A DNA stretch of 64,000 nucleotides, taken from the NCBI GenBank assembly GCA_050486185.1, contig JBJHCT010000001.1:82216-146215 (forward strand). Reading direction: 5' to 3'. The stretch is from Candidatus Saccharimonadota bacterium (GTDB taxonomy: Bacteria > Patescibacteriota > Saccharimonadia > QS-5-54-17). The notes below the pieces were generated by a model. The model was not told the DNA's origin. It saw nothing but the letters and a program-made list of their open reading frames with translations, and made no database searches. Positions within the stretch are counted from its first letter, which is position 1. Each line of letters begins with the position of its first letter. Shown here piece after piece: positions 1 through 9,867 of the stretch. The position numbers and the translations under genes were made by a program.

Positions 1-2
1 TT

Positions 3-251
3 ATTAGAGGCCCATTCCTGTTTGAAGCTATCTTAGATGGCTTGCTTGCAGCCACTATTAGTCTAGGTTTAATCTATGCTCTACTTAATAGAGGAGCTAC
101 CAGGATAGTAAATGACTTTATTAGCTTTGATGGCACGATTGCTTTCTTCTCTGAGCAGTGGCCATTAGTAGTGCTTGCTACCTTGGCTGCAGGAGCTTTG
201 ATTGGCGTTATCTCTTCTATGATGGCCATGGTTAGATACCTAAAGCTTTAG
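3..251 (+). CDS. ftsX: Cell division permease FtsX, C-terminal part (truncated by window)
   Basis: Frame 3 reads IRGPFLFEA...G..SS..A..RYLKL, typical FtsX C-terminus; followed by coiled-coil CHAP hydrolase and S41 protease. Confidence 0.8.
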   Translation: MRGPFLFEAILDGLLAATISLGLIYALLNRGATRIVNDFISFDGTIAFFSEQWPLVVLATLAAGALIGVISSMMAMVRYLKL

Positions 252-500
252 TCTTATTTAGCTAATTAAGTAGATTTATAAAGCTTAATACTTATAGGCC
301 TTTACTACTATATTGCTTGTGTTATAATCTAATGCGCTGCCAATTTCCATTGATTACCGTCTGATACTGAGCACATCTATTAATCATTAAGAATCCGATT
401 TCGTTACACACATCTATATAAGCTTAAGAACCATTGATTTATTAATAATAATTTGATAATATTTTGGAGTAATATACTAATGTTTAATATTAGTGAAAGT

Positions 501-1670
501 ATGAAAACAAAAACAAAAAAATTAAAGTCTATTATTGCTATATTCTTAGCACTAGTTTTAGTGCTTGGTTTTTATACTGATACTTTTGCGCAAAGCTTGG
601 GGGATTTACAGCGCGAAATCGAAAGATTAAACGAAGATATATCTGATTCTGAGAAACAGATCCAAGAACTTAGAGAGAAGGAAGACACTCTACAGAACCG
701 TCTAGCTATCCTCAATGCTGAGGCCAGTCAATTGCAGTCTGAAATTAATCGTACCGAGAGACAGATCAAAGATGTTCAAGCTGAAATTAAACAAAAAGAA
801 GAAGAATTAGATCGCACTAAGGAGCTGATTCAAGAAAATGCCAAGATTCTCTACAAGCAGGGCAATCCATCTACTATCGAGGTACTGTTTTCTAGTGAAA
901 ACTTTACAGACTTCATTAATCGACGCGAATATTTAGATAGAGTAAAAGCTAGTCTTAACGATGCTGCTAAAGAAGCAGTAGCTATTAAGGAAGATCTAGA
1001 AGAGAAAGAGAGTGATTTAGAGGTTAAATCTAGCGAACTAAATATGCAGAAGCGACAGCTATCATCTAGGCAAGATGAGCAGCGTAGATTGATTGCTGAA
1101 ACTAGGGGGCAAGAAGCTCGATACCAAGAGCTAGTAGCCCAACAACAAAAGGATTTAAAGGAAGCAAGAAGAAGATTAGCCCAAGAGCTAGCTGCTAGAC
1201 AGAGCAACATAGTTTCTGGTGGTACTGGCGGTTATCCATACGCCAATGTATCTCCATGGAGTTTTAATATGTGCTACCCAGATCCATGGGGTATGTGTCA
1301 GAGACATTGCACTTCATATACAGCCTGGAAGGTACATGCAGATTATCTGGCCGGTAAAGTGCGATTTAATATGCCTAATTGGGGCGGATTTGGTAATGCA
1401 CATCAATGGATAGGTAACGCGCAAAACATGAATATACCAACAGGTAGTACGCCTAAAGTTGGTGCTGTAGCTATTGATCCTAACGTAGGTTGCGTAGGTG
1501 GAACATGTTATGGCCACACAATGTACGTGGAAGAGGTACTTTCCAGTAATACTATAAGGATTAGTCAGTACAACGCCCTAACGGATTCAGCAGGTAATTT
1601 TACCGGTACATATAGTGAGGCTACAGTTAATACTTCAGGATTAACCTTTATCTACTTCCAAGACTGGTAG
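501..1670 (+). CDS. Secreted coiled-coil + CHAP peptidoglycan hydrolase (PcsB/CwlO-like)
   Basis: Signal peptide, long coiled coil, CHAP motifs CTSYTAW, GNAHQW, GHTMYVE; start 501 preferred over 453. Confidence 0.85.
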   Translation: MKTKTKKLKSIIAIFLALVLVLGFYTDTFAQSLGDLQREIERLNEDISDSEKQIQELREKEDTLQNRLAILNAEASQLQSEINRTERQIKDVQAEIKQKEEELDRTKELIQENAKILYKQGNPSTIEVLFSSENFTDFINRREYLDRVKASLNDAAKEAVAIKEDLEEKESDLEVKSSELNMQKRQLSSRQDEQRRLIAETRGQEARYQELVAQQQKDLKEARRRLAQELAARQSNIVSGGTGGYPYANVSPWSFNMCYPDPWGMCQRHCTSYTAWKVHADYLAGKVRFNMPNWGGFGNAHQWIGNAQNMNIPTGSTPKVGAVAIDPNVGCVGGTCYGHTMYVEEVLSSNTIRISQYNALTDSAGNFTGTYSEATVNTSGLTFIYFQDW

Positions 1671-1723
1671 AATAAAATAAATTGTCACAGATAACGACTT
1701 TTATTTAGCTAAATGCTACAATA

Positions 1724-2953
1724 ATGCTCATGCATAACGACGATCCAGTGGTTGAGTTGAGGCCCTCTAAGTCTAGGAATTTTACCCTAGCCTCAGTAGT
1801 AGCTATAGCCATATTAGTTGGTTCTTTGGGTTTTGTCCTAGGAGCTAATATCAATCAACTAAGCGTAGGTCAATATGATAGTGAAAATGAACACCTACCA
1901 GAAAAACTAGACTATTCCTCAGTAGATAGATTGTACGATCTCTTGCGCCAAAACTATGCCGGAGAGTTGAATTTAGAAGATTTAATGCTAGGTCTCAAAC
2001 AAGGCTTAGTTAGTGCCACGGGGGATCCTTTCACCGAGTATCTAACATCAGAAGAAGCCGAGGAGTTTCGCAGTAGTTTAAACGGCGAATTTAGTGGTAT
2101 CGGTATTGAGATCGGTATTAGAAATAACCAGCTGGTAGTAATCGCTCCCATAACTGGCACTCCGGCCGATAGAGCCGGTCTAAGGGCTGGAGACAAGATA
2201 CTAGCTATAGATAGCGAAGATACTACAGATATGAACCTACAGACAGCGGTAAGCAGTATCAGGGGGGATGAGGGTACGGATGTAGTGCTGAGCATCGGTA
2301 GAAACGGAGAAGATATTCAAGACATCACCGTCACCAGAGGCTTAATAGAGGTCCCTAGCGTTGAAGCAGAGATTTTAGAGGATGGTATTGGTTATATACG
2401 TATTAACCGTTTTGGCGATCATACGGCTAGAGATTTCCGCCAGGCTGCAGCTGGGCTTACAGATGATGGAGTTAGCAGGATAGTGTTAGATATGCGCAAT
2501 AATCCAGGTGGATATTTCGATGCGGCTGTAGCTGTAGCTAGTGAGTTTCTAGAAACTGGAGAAGTTGTGGTTGAGGAAAGACGAGGAGGTGACGTGATTG
2601 CCACTGAACGCGCTAGGAGTAGCGGCAGCCTAATAGGTTTAGAGGTAGTAGTTCTAGTGAATGGTGGTTCAGCTAGTTCATCAGAGATTGTAGCAGGTGC
2701 CCTAGCAGATCATGAAGTAGCTGTAGTCGTTGGTGAACAGACTTTTGGCAAAGGTAGTGTGCAACAGTTAGTAGATGTTGGTGATGGTAGTATGCTTCGA
2801 GTAACTATAGCTAATTGGTATACTCCCAAAGGTCTTAATATTGGTGACGGTGGTATTACCCCTGATGAGGTAGTGGAGATGAGTCAGGAAGATTACGATA
2901 TGGATCGTGATCCACAGCTTCAAAGAGCTATAGAGATATTACTCAACAGTTAA
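1724..2953 (+). CDS. S41 carboxy-terminal processing protease (CtpA-like)
   Basis: PDZ (FSGIGIEI), DMRNNPGG, SASSSEI, TFGKGSVQ. Confidence 0.92.
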   Translation: MLMHNDDPVVELRPSKSRNFTLASVVAIAILVGSLGFVLGANINQLSVGQYDSENEHLPEKLDYSSVDRLYDLLRQNYAGELNLEDLMLGLKQGLVSATGDPFTEYLTSEEAEEFRSSLNGEFSGIGIEIGIRNNQLVVIAPITGTPADRAGLRAGDKILAIDSEDTTDMNLQTAVSSIRGDEGTDVVLSIGRNGEDIQDITVTRGLIEVPSVEAEILEDGIGYIRINRFGDHTARDFRQAAAGLTDDGVSRIVLDMRNNPGGYFDAAVAVASEFLETGEVVVEERRGGDVIATERARSSGSLIGLEVVVLVNGGSASSSEIVAGALADHEVAVVVGEQTFGKGSVQQLVDVGDGSMLRVTIANWYTPKGLNIGDGGITPDEVVEMSQEDYDMDRDPQLQRAIEILLNS

Positions 2954-3057
2954 ACCTTAGGGTCTATAGATTCCTGCATTCAAAAATACACTAAACCACC
3001 CCTATTCTCAGCTTTATGTTAATATAGCTGTGTAAGAATCAAAAGAGGAGAGTTGTT

Positions 3058-4653
3058 TTGGCGTCTAAAGATACGAAATACATATTCGTAACAGGTGGAG
3101 TGTTGTCTGGGGTAGGCAAGGGCATTACAGCGGCTTCTATCGGCAGCATACTCAAAAGCACCGGCCTGAGTGTCAATATTCAAAAATGCGATCCATATCT
3201 CAATATGGATGCCGGTACGTTAAATCCAGCTGAGCATGGCGAGGTGTTTGTAACTGCTGATGGGGCTGAGACCGATTTAGATCTAGGCCATTATGAGCGG
3301 TTTTTAGACCAAGAGCTCAACAAGCACAGCTCCTTAATGAGTGGCCGCATACTTAATAGAGTCATCAAAGCTGAGCGAGCCGGTAAATATTTGGGTAAAA
3401 CTGTTCAGATAATTCCGCATGTTACCGACACTATACAGGATGAAATAGAGAAAGCTTCAGAAGGCTATGATGTCCATATTGTCGAGATAGGTGGCACGGT
3501 CGGGGATTATGAGGGCTTGAGTTTTATAGAAGCTATTCGTGAGTTTAAACAACGGGCGGGTAGAGAAAATGTGATGTATGTACATGTGGTATATATGCCT
3601 TACGTGCGAGCTTCTCGAGAGGTCAAGACTAAGCCGGCTCAAAACGCCGTTAGGATTCTTCGAGGCTACGGTATTAATCCAGACGTCTTAGTGGCTAGGA
3701 CTGAGGAAGAGGTCAAAAACGGTATATTAGATAAATTAAGTATGTTTGCTGATGTACCAAAGAGCGGTATCTGTATAGCTCCAACTGTTAGTAGTGTCTA
3801 TGAAGTGCCTTTGATTATGGATGGTATCACCAAGCATTTAGCCACCAAGCTGGGTCTAGAGCTTGGTGATATTGATCTCAAACACTGGAAGAAAGTTATA
3901 TCAGCTGCCAACAACACTTCTTTACCAACTGTAAAAATTGGTGTGGTGGCGAAGTACATGGATCATGAAGATACATACATGAGTGTTTTTGAGGCTGTTA
4001 AGTCAGCTGCCTGGAATGAAGGTTTGAGTCCGGAAATAGTTTGGATAGATGCCGAGAAGGCCGAGAAGAGACTACCTATAAAAGAGTTAGAAAGCTTAGA
4101 TGGTATTGTGGTTCCAGGTGGCTTTGGGTCAAGAGGAGTCGAGGGCAAGATCAGGGTAGCTGATTGGGCAATGAACAACAACAAACCATATTTAGGGCTG
4201 TGTCTAGGCATGCAAGTAGCAGCTATAGCTTTAGCACGTAAGGCGATCGATAGCTCGGCTAATTCTACTGAATTTGATTCTAGTACCAACTGCCCAGTCG
4301 TGAGTTTGATGGAAGAGCAAGAAGATGTGGTAGACCTAGGAGGTACTATGCGACTAGGTAATTGGGAATGTCATCTTGAGCCCAGCTCTATAGTCAGGTC
4401 TCTATATCGAAAAGATGTAATTCTTGAAAGACATAGGCACAGGTATGAGTTCAATAACAAATACAGACAACAACTGGAGTCTGCCGGTATGGTTTTCTCA
4501 GGACTATCTCCAGATAAGAGGTTAGTAGAAGTTATAGAACTAAAAGATCACCCATTCTTTGTGGCTAGTCAGTTCCATCCCGAATATACCTCTAGACCAG
4601 GTAAACCAAATCCGTTATTTAAGGGTTTTATTAAAGCCGCTAAAAGTAAATAA
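3058..4653 (+). CDS. pyrG: CTP synthase
   Basis: TGGVLSGVGKG, DLDLGHYERF, GLCLGMQ, RHRHRYE, FHPE. Confidence 0.98.
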   Translation: MASKDTKYIFVTGGVLSGVGKGITAASIGSILKSTGLSVNIQKCDPYLNMDAGTLNPAEHGEVFVTADGAETDLDLGHYERFLDQELNKHSSLMSGRILNRVIKAERAGKYLGKTVQIIPHVTDTIQDEIEKASEGYDVHIVEIGGTVGDYEGLSFIEAIREFKQRAGRENVMYVHVVYMPYVRASREVKTKPAQNAVRILRGYGINPDVLVARTEEEVKNGILDKLSMFADVPKSGICIAPTVSSVYEVPLIMDGITKHLATKLGLELGDIDLKHWKKVISAANNTSLPTVKIGVVAKYMDHEDTYMSVFEAVKSAAWNEGLSPEIVWIDAEKAEKRLPIKELESLDGIVVPGGFGSRGVEGKIRVADWAMNNNKPYLGLCLGMQVAAIALARKAIDSSANSTEFDSSTNCPVVSLMEEQEDVVDLGGTMRLGNWECHLEPSSIVRSLYRKDVILERHRHRYEFNNKYRQQLESAGMVFSGLSPDKRLVEVIELKDHPFFVASQFHPEYTSRPGKPNPLFKGFIKAAKSK

Positions 4654-4681
4654 TTAATTAGCTATAAATAAAAATATCCCA

Positions 4682-4747
4682 AGGCGTAGGGGTAGAGCTG
4701 CTGCTGATGGTCGAAATTATCCGACCTAGAGCAGATACCCCCAGCCT
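4682..4747. terminator. Long imperfect hairpin between convergent pyrG and orphan ORF
   Basis: Nested pairs GGGGTA/TACCCC, CTGCT/AGCAG, GGTCG/CGACC. Confidence 0.55.
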
Positions 4748-4758
4748 CAGGAAGTTCA

Positions 4759-4956
4759 TCACCTCGACAGCAGTGCCGATCCGCTGCCACGGCTCTTCGT
4801 CGAGCTGGTGGTGGCCAAGCTGCCGTTGATCATGTCCAGGCCCGACTTGAGTTCAGGCCTCTGCTCAACGGCATCAGCAGCACTCTTCGCTTCACCACGA
4901 TTGATCATGCGAACGATCGCTCGGGCTGCCGTAACCGGCTTCTTGGTTTTTGACAT
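4759..4956 (-). CDS. GC-rich orphan small protein
   Basis: AGGAGA SD, ATG one base after upstream TGA stop; atypical composition. Confidence 0.5.
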   Translation of the reverse strand: MSKTKKPVTAARAIVRMINRGEAKSAADAVEQRPELKSGLDMINGSLATTSSTKSRGSGSALLSR

Positions 4957-4957
4957 G

Positions 4958-6787
4958 TCATCTCCTGATGAGAGACTCTCTGGCTATGAATACCAGAGGG
5001 TGTAGTTGGCTCGGTTTCAGTCTGTCGATGATCTCCTCAACAGCTAATAGGTTTTTATCCTCAATGGGGCCATCTTGCATCGATGACTGCCATATTAACT
5101 GAGAGGGAAATAGCTTGGCAAGGTAACGTGCTAAATTTACTCTACCATCTTTTCGCCAAGTTGCATAGTGATTAAGGTACATCGCCCCTATGGCAAATTC
5201 CGGATGACAGTACTCAGAAGTAGTATCAACCATACCTTGCTCATGGATACTGGATAGTGACACTAAACTTTTGCTGTATTGATCAGTCATAATTACGAGA
5301 GGCAGCATCTCGATGTAGCTATAGAACTTTTCTCTTGCAGAAGAGTCATAACGTATTTGCTGACAGATACTCTCCCAGGCCGATTTAAATAGCTCAACAT
5401 ATTTATCGTCTAGATCTTTTTGGCGTTTTTCATAACCATAATCTCTGACATCTTGTTTATTTTTGTAGAGTTTTTCCGCTTCAGATACAGCTTCGGTTAC
5501 TCTCATATCACCAGAAATATCTTCATACATAGCAATAACCATAAACTCAAATACATGCGATATATATTTTTTTAATATATCACTGTCTTTTGACTCAGGA
5601 TCTAGTATTTCGAATCCTCTGGTAGCTATTGATAGGATTGTTTCCTCCAGAGACTTCATTAGTAATTGAGGATTGGTGTTAATATTTTGCTCAGCAACCT
5701 CTGTTATTTGAGTGCGATTATCTCCTATATACCTAAAGCATTCAGCAAATCTTTTGTAGAAGTTAGATATAAGAGTATCTATACTGACATTTGCAACAGA
5801 ACTATTATTTTCGGGCTGCTTTAGTTGTTGGTATATTTTATCTATCTCTTCCTTGTTGATGGGAGTAGCGGCAAATATTAGCGAATAAGGATCTATCTGT
5901 ACCCAGTGCTCATCGCCATTGTCTATACGAGCCATAACACTGTGATGGAAGCTTTCCCTTCGGTGACTGCCTTGAAGTTGCTTGGGTGGGTCGAAGAAGG
6001 TATTAATAGCTGGTTCTTCTTCGACATATAGATCATTTATAAGCTGAATCTTATCGATAGTACTTAATACTTCTTGTCTTTGGAAAAATTCAGGAGCAAT
6101 TCGAGATAGATAGGCTACTATGTCCTGATGTCGTTCGGCTATAGTACCATCACTATACTTAATTTCGTTGGCAAACATATAGTCTAAACCCAATTCTTCG
6201 CAGGCTGCAGAAACAGCAATTGTTATACCTAAGCAATTGACGTAGTCACCATTAGGCCACTGACCGACTCTTACAGGCGAGGGGGATTCAGGGTCTTGTT
6301 CTAAATCTGTAATATTAATCTCATTATCTGCGATTTCAGGATGATGTTCGTGCCAGTTAGCACTATGCGTTAGTAAGTAGATAGCAAAAATAGATGCAGA
6401 AGTATCTTCAAGGCCAGGATTATTTTCTACTATTCTATCCTTAAAGTAATAAAAGTCCTCAGTTTGAGTTAGGTTTCTAGCTTTATCTATTAGAGACCTG
6501 CCAAGAAGTCTAACTTTAGCTATATTGACGATATCTTCATAACTGTATTCATCTGCTCTAGGTGGGCGTATAAATTCTACTTTGGCGATAGGGTCTTCGC
6601 AGTGGTATTCCTCTTGCTGTTCGGAATTAGTTATGGCGTCTTGATACTCTTGAACAAGCTCATGTATATGGGTGTCGTCGCAATGGTAATCTTCATCCAG
6701 AGCGCTAGAATAAGCCTCTTGCAATAGCTGATCAAACTCCACATTAGTATCTAACTCCGGCCTTCCGGCAATAGTTTCAAAACTCAT
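4958..6787 (-). CDS. Hypothetical protein with transglutaminase/papain-like Cys-His-Asp motifs
   Basis: NCLG...(H)HSV...WVQIDPY. Confidence 0.55.
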   Translation of the reverse strand: MSFETIAGRPELDTNVEFDQLLQEAYSSALDEDYHCDDTHIHELVQEYQDAITNSEQQEEYHCEDPIAKVEFIRPPRADEYSYEDIVNIAKVRLLGRSLIDKARNLTQTEDFYYFKDRIVENNPGLEDTSASIFAIYLLTHSANWHEHHPEIADNEINITDLEQDPESPSPVRVGQWPNGDYVNCLGITIAVSAACEELGLDYMFANEIKYSDGTIAERHQDIVAYLSRIAPEFFQRQEVLSTIDKIQLINDLYVEEEPAINTFFDPPKQLQGSHRRESFHHSVMARIDNGDEHWVQIDPYSLIFAATPINKEEIDKIYQQLKQPENNSSVANVSIDTLISNFYKRFAECFRYIGDNRTQITEVAEQNINTNPQLLMKSLEETILSIATRGFEILDPESKDSDILKKYISHVFEFMVIAMYEDISGDMRVTEAVSEAEKLYKNKQDVRDYGYEKRQKDLDDKYVELFKSAWESICQQIRYDSSAREKFYSYIEMLPLVIMTDQYSKSLVSLSSIHEQGMVDTTSEYCHPEFAIGAMYLNHYATWRKDGRVNLARYLAKLFPSQLIWQSSMQDGPIEDKNLLAVEEIIDRLKPSQLHPLVFIARESLIRR

Positions 6788-6876
6788 AATCCATATACTA
6801 TAAAATATTTATATAAATTAGTCCACCTATTAAACACTTGCGCTAAAGTGACATAAGCGCTAGGATTAAATACAAG

Positions 6877-7272
6877 ATGGATATAGCAGGAACCAAAAAA
6901 ACCAAAAAGAAAATCCTTTTAGTTGAGGACGATACTGGGCTAGCCTCAGTTTACCAAGCTAGGCTAGAGGCCGAAGGTTTTGAGGTCTATCACTGCGACA
7001 ACGGCGAGTCAGCTTTAAGTGATGCTATTAAATACCAGCCAGACCTAATATTACTAGATGTGATGATGCCTAAAATCAGCGGCTTTGATGTATTGGATAT
7101 CTTGCACAACACTCCAGAGACTAACGGTATCAAAATTGTGATGCTAACAGCCCTATCACAAGATAGCGATAAAGAGCGAGCTGAAGAGCTAGGCGCAGAT
7201 GATTACTTAGTTAAGTCGCAAGTAGTTATAGCTGATGTTATCTCTCGCATCAAACATCATTTGAATATGTAA
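6877..7272 (+). CDS. Stand-alone response regulator receiver
   Basis: LLVEDD, LLDVMMP, LT, YLVK. Confidence 0.92.
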   Translation: MDIAGTKKTKKKILLVEDDTGLASVYQARLEAEGFEVYHCDNGESALSDAIKYQPDLILLDVMMPKISGFDVLDILHNTPETNGIKIVMLTALSQDSDKERAEELGADDYLVKSQVVIADVISRIKHHLNM

Positions 7273-7407
7273 AGTAACCATCAGATATAAGCATCTATAG
7301 GGGAGTAGGCTGTTTTTTGGTTGGGGCAACTAAGTTGACATTATGTAAAACTTATGCTAATAATATAGACATCAATTAAATCTAAAAATAAAAAAGGAAA
7401 TACAAAT

Positions 7408-7677
7408 ATGTCAGAGCTAATTACTCACGTCCCAGGTTTCGAATCAGACGATCATCAAAATCAACCCTCTGTAAATGAAGGGCGAGTAACAGAAGTAGAC
7501 CTATCGGAAGCAGATAAGGCTAGAATTAAGGCCAGAACTTTGGATGGTGAGAATATTATGCGGGCTGCCGCAGATAGCATTGCTGTTAATAAAGAACAAC
7601 TCGTTCTAGATGCCTCAGAGGATCAACCTGAAGGCGATCAACCCGAAATCATAACAAATGTACCTAGGGCTGAATAG
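7408..7677 (+). CDS. Acidic hypothetical protein
   Basis: ORF with TTGACA/TAATAT-like promoter and AAGGA upstream. Confidence 0.6.
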   Translation: MSELITHVPGFESDDHQNQPSVNEGRVTEVDLSEADKARIKARTLDGENIMRAAADSIAVNKEQLVLDASEDQPEGDQPEIITNVPRAE

Positions 7678-7704
7678 ATAACTTGAGTCAAGGGAATTAA
7701 TGAA

Positions 7705-8382
7705 ATGCCTAAACATGAACGTAAACCAAGTACAGATACTGAAGATCAAAGCTACCCAGATGAATCTCTGAGTCGCTTAGCTGCTATGCGCCATGAAGCT
7801 GGGCAGAGAGTATATGAAGATGTTACTAGGCAGTTACAGTCTGATCGAAACCTGGAAGTACGAAAATTAGAGAGCAAGACTTCTTTTAGTTTTGACTCAG
7901 AAAAACATGGCTTTGCAGCGAGCTCAGAAAATGAAAGCAAGGGTGTGTTCCAAAGATTAGCTATGGTAATTAGAGCCGGGAACCAGATGTTTGCGGTTTC
8001 AAAAATAGAAGTTCAGGGCGAGTCTTTATGGGGTATATCAGTAGTCGGCGAAGGTGACGACGATAGAGCAAGATTTATAGCTCCTTTGCGACCTTTAGAA
8101 TCTCAAAACTCTACTGCTACATACTCTTTTGGTAGGGAGTTTTTAGGGGAAGTATCTAGTAGTAATCCAGACATGAGCAGTAGGCATTTTAATATATTTG
8201 TAGGTAGCGATTCGCAAGAACCAAGAATATCGGTAATGGATATAGACTCCACTAATGGAACCTATATTGCTACGAAGGCAACCGAGTCAGATCCAAGCAA
8301 GAATACAGCCCCTATCAGTGAGAGTTTGAGATGGTCGGTTCCGTCTGATGAGCTAATAACCCTAGTTGGCTCAGAAGCTTAG
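7705..8382 (+). CDS. FHA domain protein
   Basis: FGRE, MSSRH, DIDSTNGT FHA motifs. Confidence 0.75.
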   Translation: MPKHERKPSTDTEDQSYPDESLSRLAAMRHEAGQRVYEDVTRQLQSDRNLEVRKLESKTSFSFDSEKHGFAASSENESKGVFQRLAMVIRAGNQMFAVSKIEVQGESLWGISVVGEGDDDRARFIAPLRPLESQNSTATYSFGREFLGEVSSSNPDMSSRHFNIFVGSDSQEPRISVMDIDSTNGTYIATKATESDPSKNTAPISESLRWSVPSDELITLVGSEA

Positions 8383-8395
8383 CTTTAGGCTAGAC

Positions 8396-8668
8396 CTAAA
8401 CTACCTTGACCATAGTTCGAGGTACACGGTGACCGCTAAAGCGTTTCTTTCTGGTTTTAAGAAACTCTACCTTGCCATCTTTAGTAGCGTAAATAGTGTG
8501 GTCGCGTCCATAGGCTGTGCCTTCACCGGCAATTTTACTGCTGCCACGTTGGCGCACTAGTACTGCACCGGCCTTGACTTCCTCTCCGGCAAATAACTTT
8601 ACACCTAGTCGTTGACCGGGTGAGTCCTTTAGATTTGAGGCTGAACCGCCTGATTTAGTTTTACTCAT
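8396..8668 (-). CDS. rpmA: 50S ribosomal protein L27
   Basis: DSPGQRLGVK, VRQRG, GRDHTIYA. Confidence 0.97.
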   Translation of the reverse strand: MSKTKSGGSASNLKDSPGQRLGVKLFAGEEVKAGAVLVRQRGSSKIAGEGTAYGRDHTIYATKDGKVEFLKTRKKRFSGHRVPRTMVKVV

Positions 8669-9800
8669 TTGAAATAGTCTCCAAAAGTATTATGTATCTT
8701 CCGACAAACTGATCTTCTCTACGATAAAGTAGCCCAGTGTCGGATTTATTTAACAGTAGCCGATTATAACCAAGCGCCTCTATATTGTCAATTATTTCAG
8801 GCAGGATAGTCTCTGAACCGCTTTTCCAGGCCGGTAGAGCTAGGCACAACTTGGAGTTAGCTGGCAGTTGGTTCTTTATATTAATTAAAACTGCTTTCAT
8901 CAACTCAGATGACTCACTAGCCAGTTTTTCAAGCTCATCTTTACTAGTTACTGTTTTGATAATTGGGCCTAAATACCCTTCGGTAACTATAGTATCGACT
9001 GCTTGAGGTAATTTAACCTCTCTTGCATCGACAACCCCTAACTCTTGAGGCTTAGCAGTATTAAACTCATTACTGAGCCAATCTAGATTCTGTCTAGAGC
9101 AGTTAATCATTTTACTATCTATATCAGACCCTCCGGTCTTTTTGCCCATCAACAAGGCTTCTTGCAAGATAACGCCACTACCACAGAAGGGGTCGAATAT
9201 ATATTCTCCTCCGGCTAGATTGATCATAATCTGGGCTAGTTTAGGTGGCAGCATACCGGTCTGCATATCTCGGCAGGGTCTATCCATGTCTCTATGGGTA
9301 TAGCTGTCGATATCTTGCACCCAAGTTGTTCTAGCGATAAAGGTATCGCTTTTGCCTATGCTGATGAGTATCTCGTAGTCGTTATCTTCTACTAGTGAGT
9401 TATGGATAACCTGAGCAGAGGATAGCTCCTGGTTTTTTGCTAGAACTACCCTAGGCTTATAGCCCTCCTGACGTAGCTGTTTTTTTAGTGATAAGCAGAT
9501 AGCTTGATAGTTATCGATTTTGCCGCCATAGAAGCTGATGCCTAAGTTGAATTTTGACTCTGGTAAATCTAGCTGACTGGCTAGTTCTTGGTGCAAATAT
9601 TCAACAATCGCATCTATGTCATTTGTAGGTAGGGTAGTGATGAGTTGACCAACCTTGCTACTACCTCCTAGGTGCTGGTAGATATCCCCATCGAACGTAG
9701 CAGTACTAGATGTATGCAAGTCAACATCTGGGCCATAAACCGCTCTTAGCTCCGCTAGAGACAGTTTGGAGCTATGTCCGAGTATACTTAAGTGCTTCAT
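8661..9800 (-). CDS. SAM-dependent RNA methyltransferase (Trm11/RlmL-like)
   Basis: GMLPPKLAQIMINL, DPFCGSG, GSD, IVTEGYLG. Confidence 0.75.
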   Translation of the reverse strand: MKHLSILGHSSKLSLAELRAVYGPDVDLHTSSTATFDGDIYQHLGGSSKVGQLITTLPTNDIDAIVEYLHQELASQLDLPESKFNLGISFYGGKIDNYQAICLSLKKQLRQEGYKPRVVLAKNQELSSAQVIHNSLVEDNDYEILISIGKSDTFIARTTWVQDIDSYTHRDMDRPCRDMQTGMLPPKLAQIMINLAGGEYIFDPFCGSGVILQEALLMGKKTGGSDIDSKMINCSRQNLDWLSNEFNTAKPQELGVVDAREVKLPQAVDTIVTEGYLGPIIKTVTSKDELEKLASESSELMKAVLINIKNQLPANSKLCLALPAWKSGSETILPEIIDNIEALGYNRLLLNKSDTGLLYRREDQFVGRYIILLETISNE

Positions 9801-9867
9801 TAGGCTTAATACTAGCATATATCTTCTTAGCTACTTTTATTTAAGCCCTATGGTTATATAATGGAGT

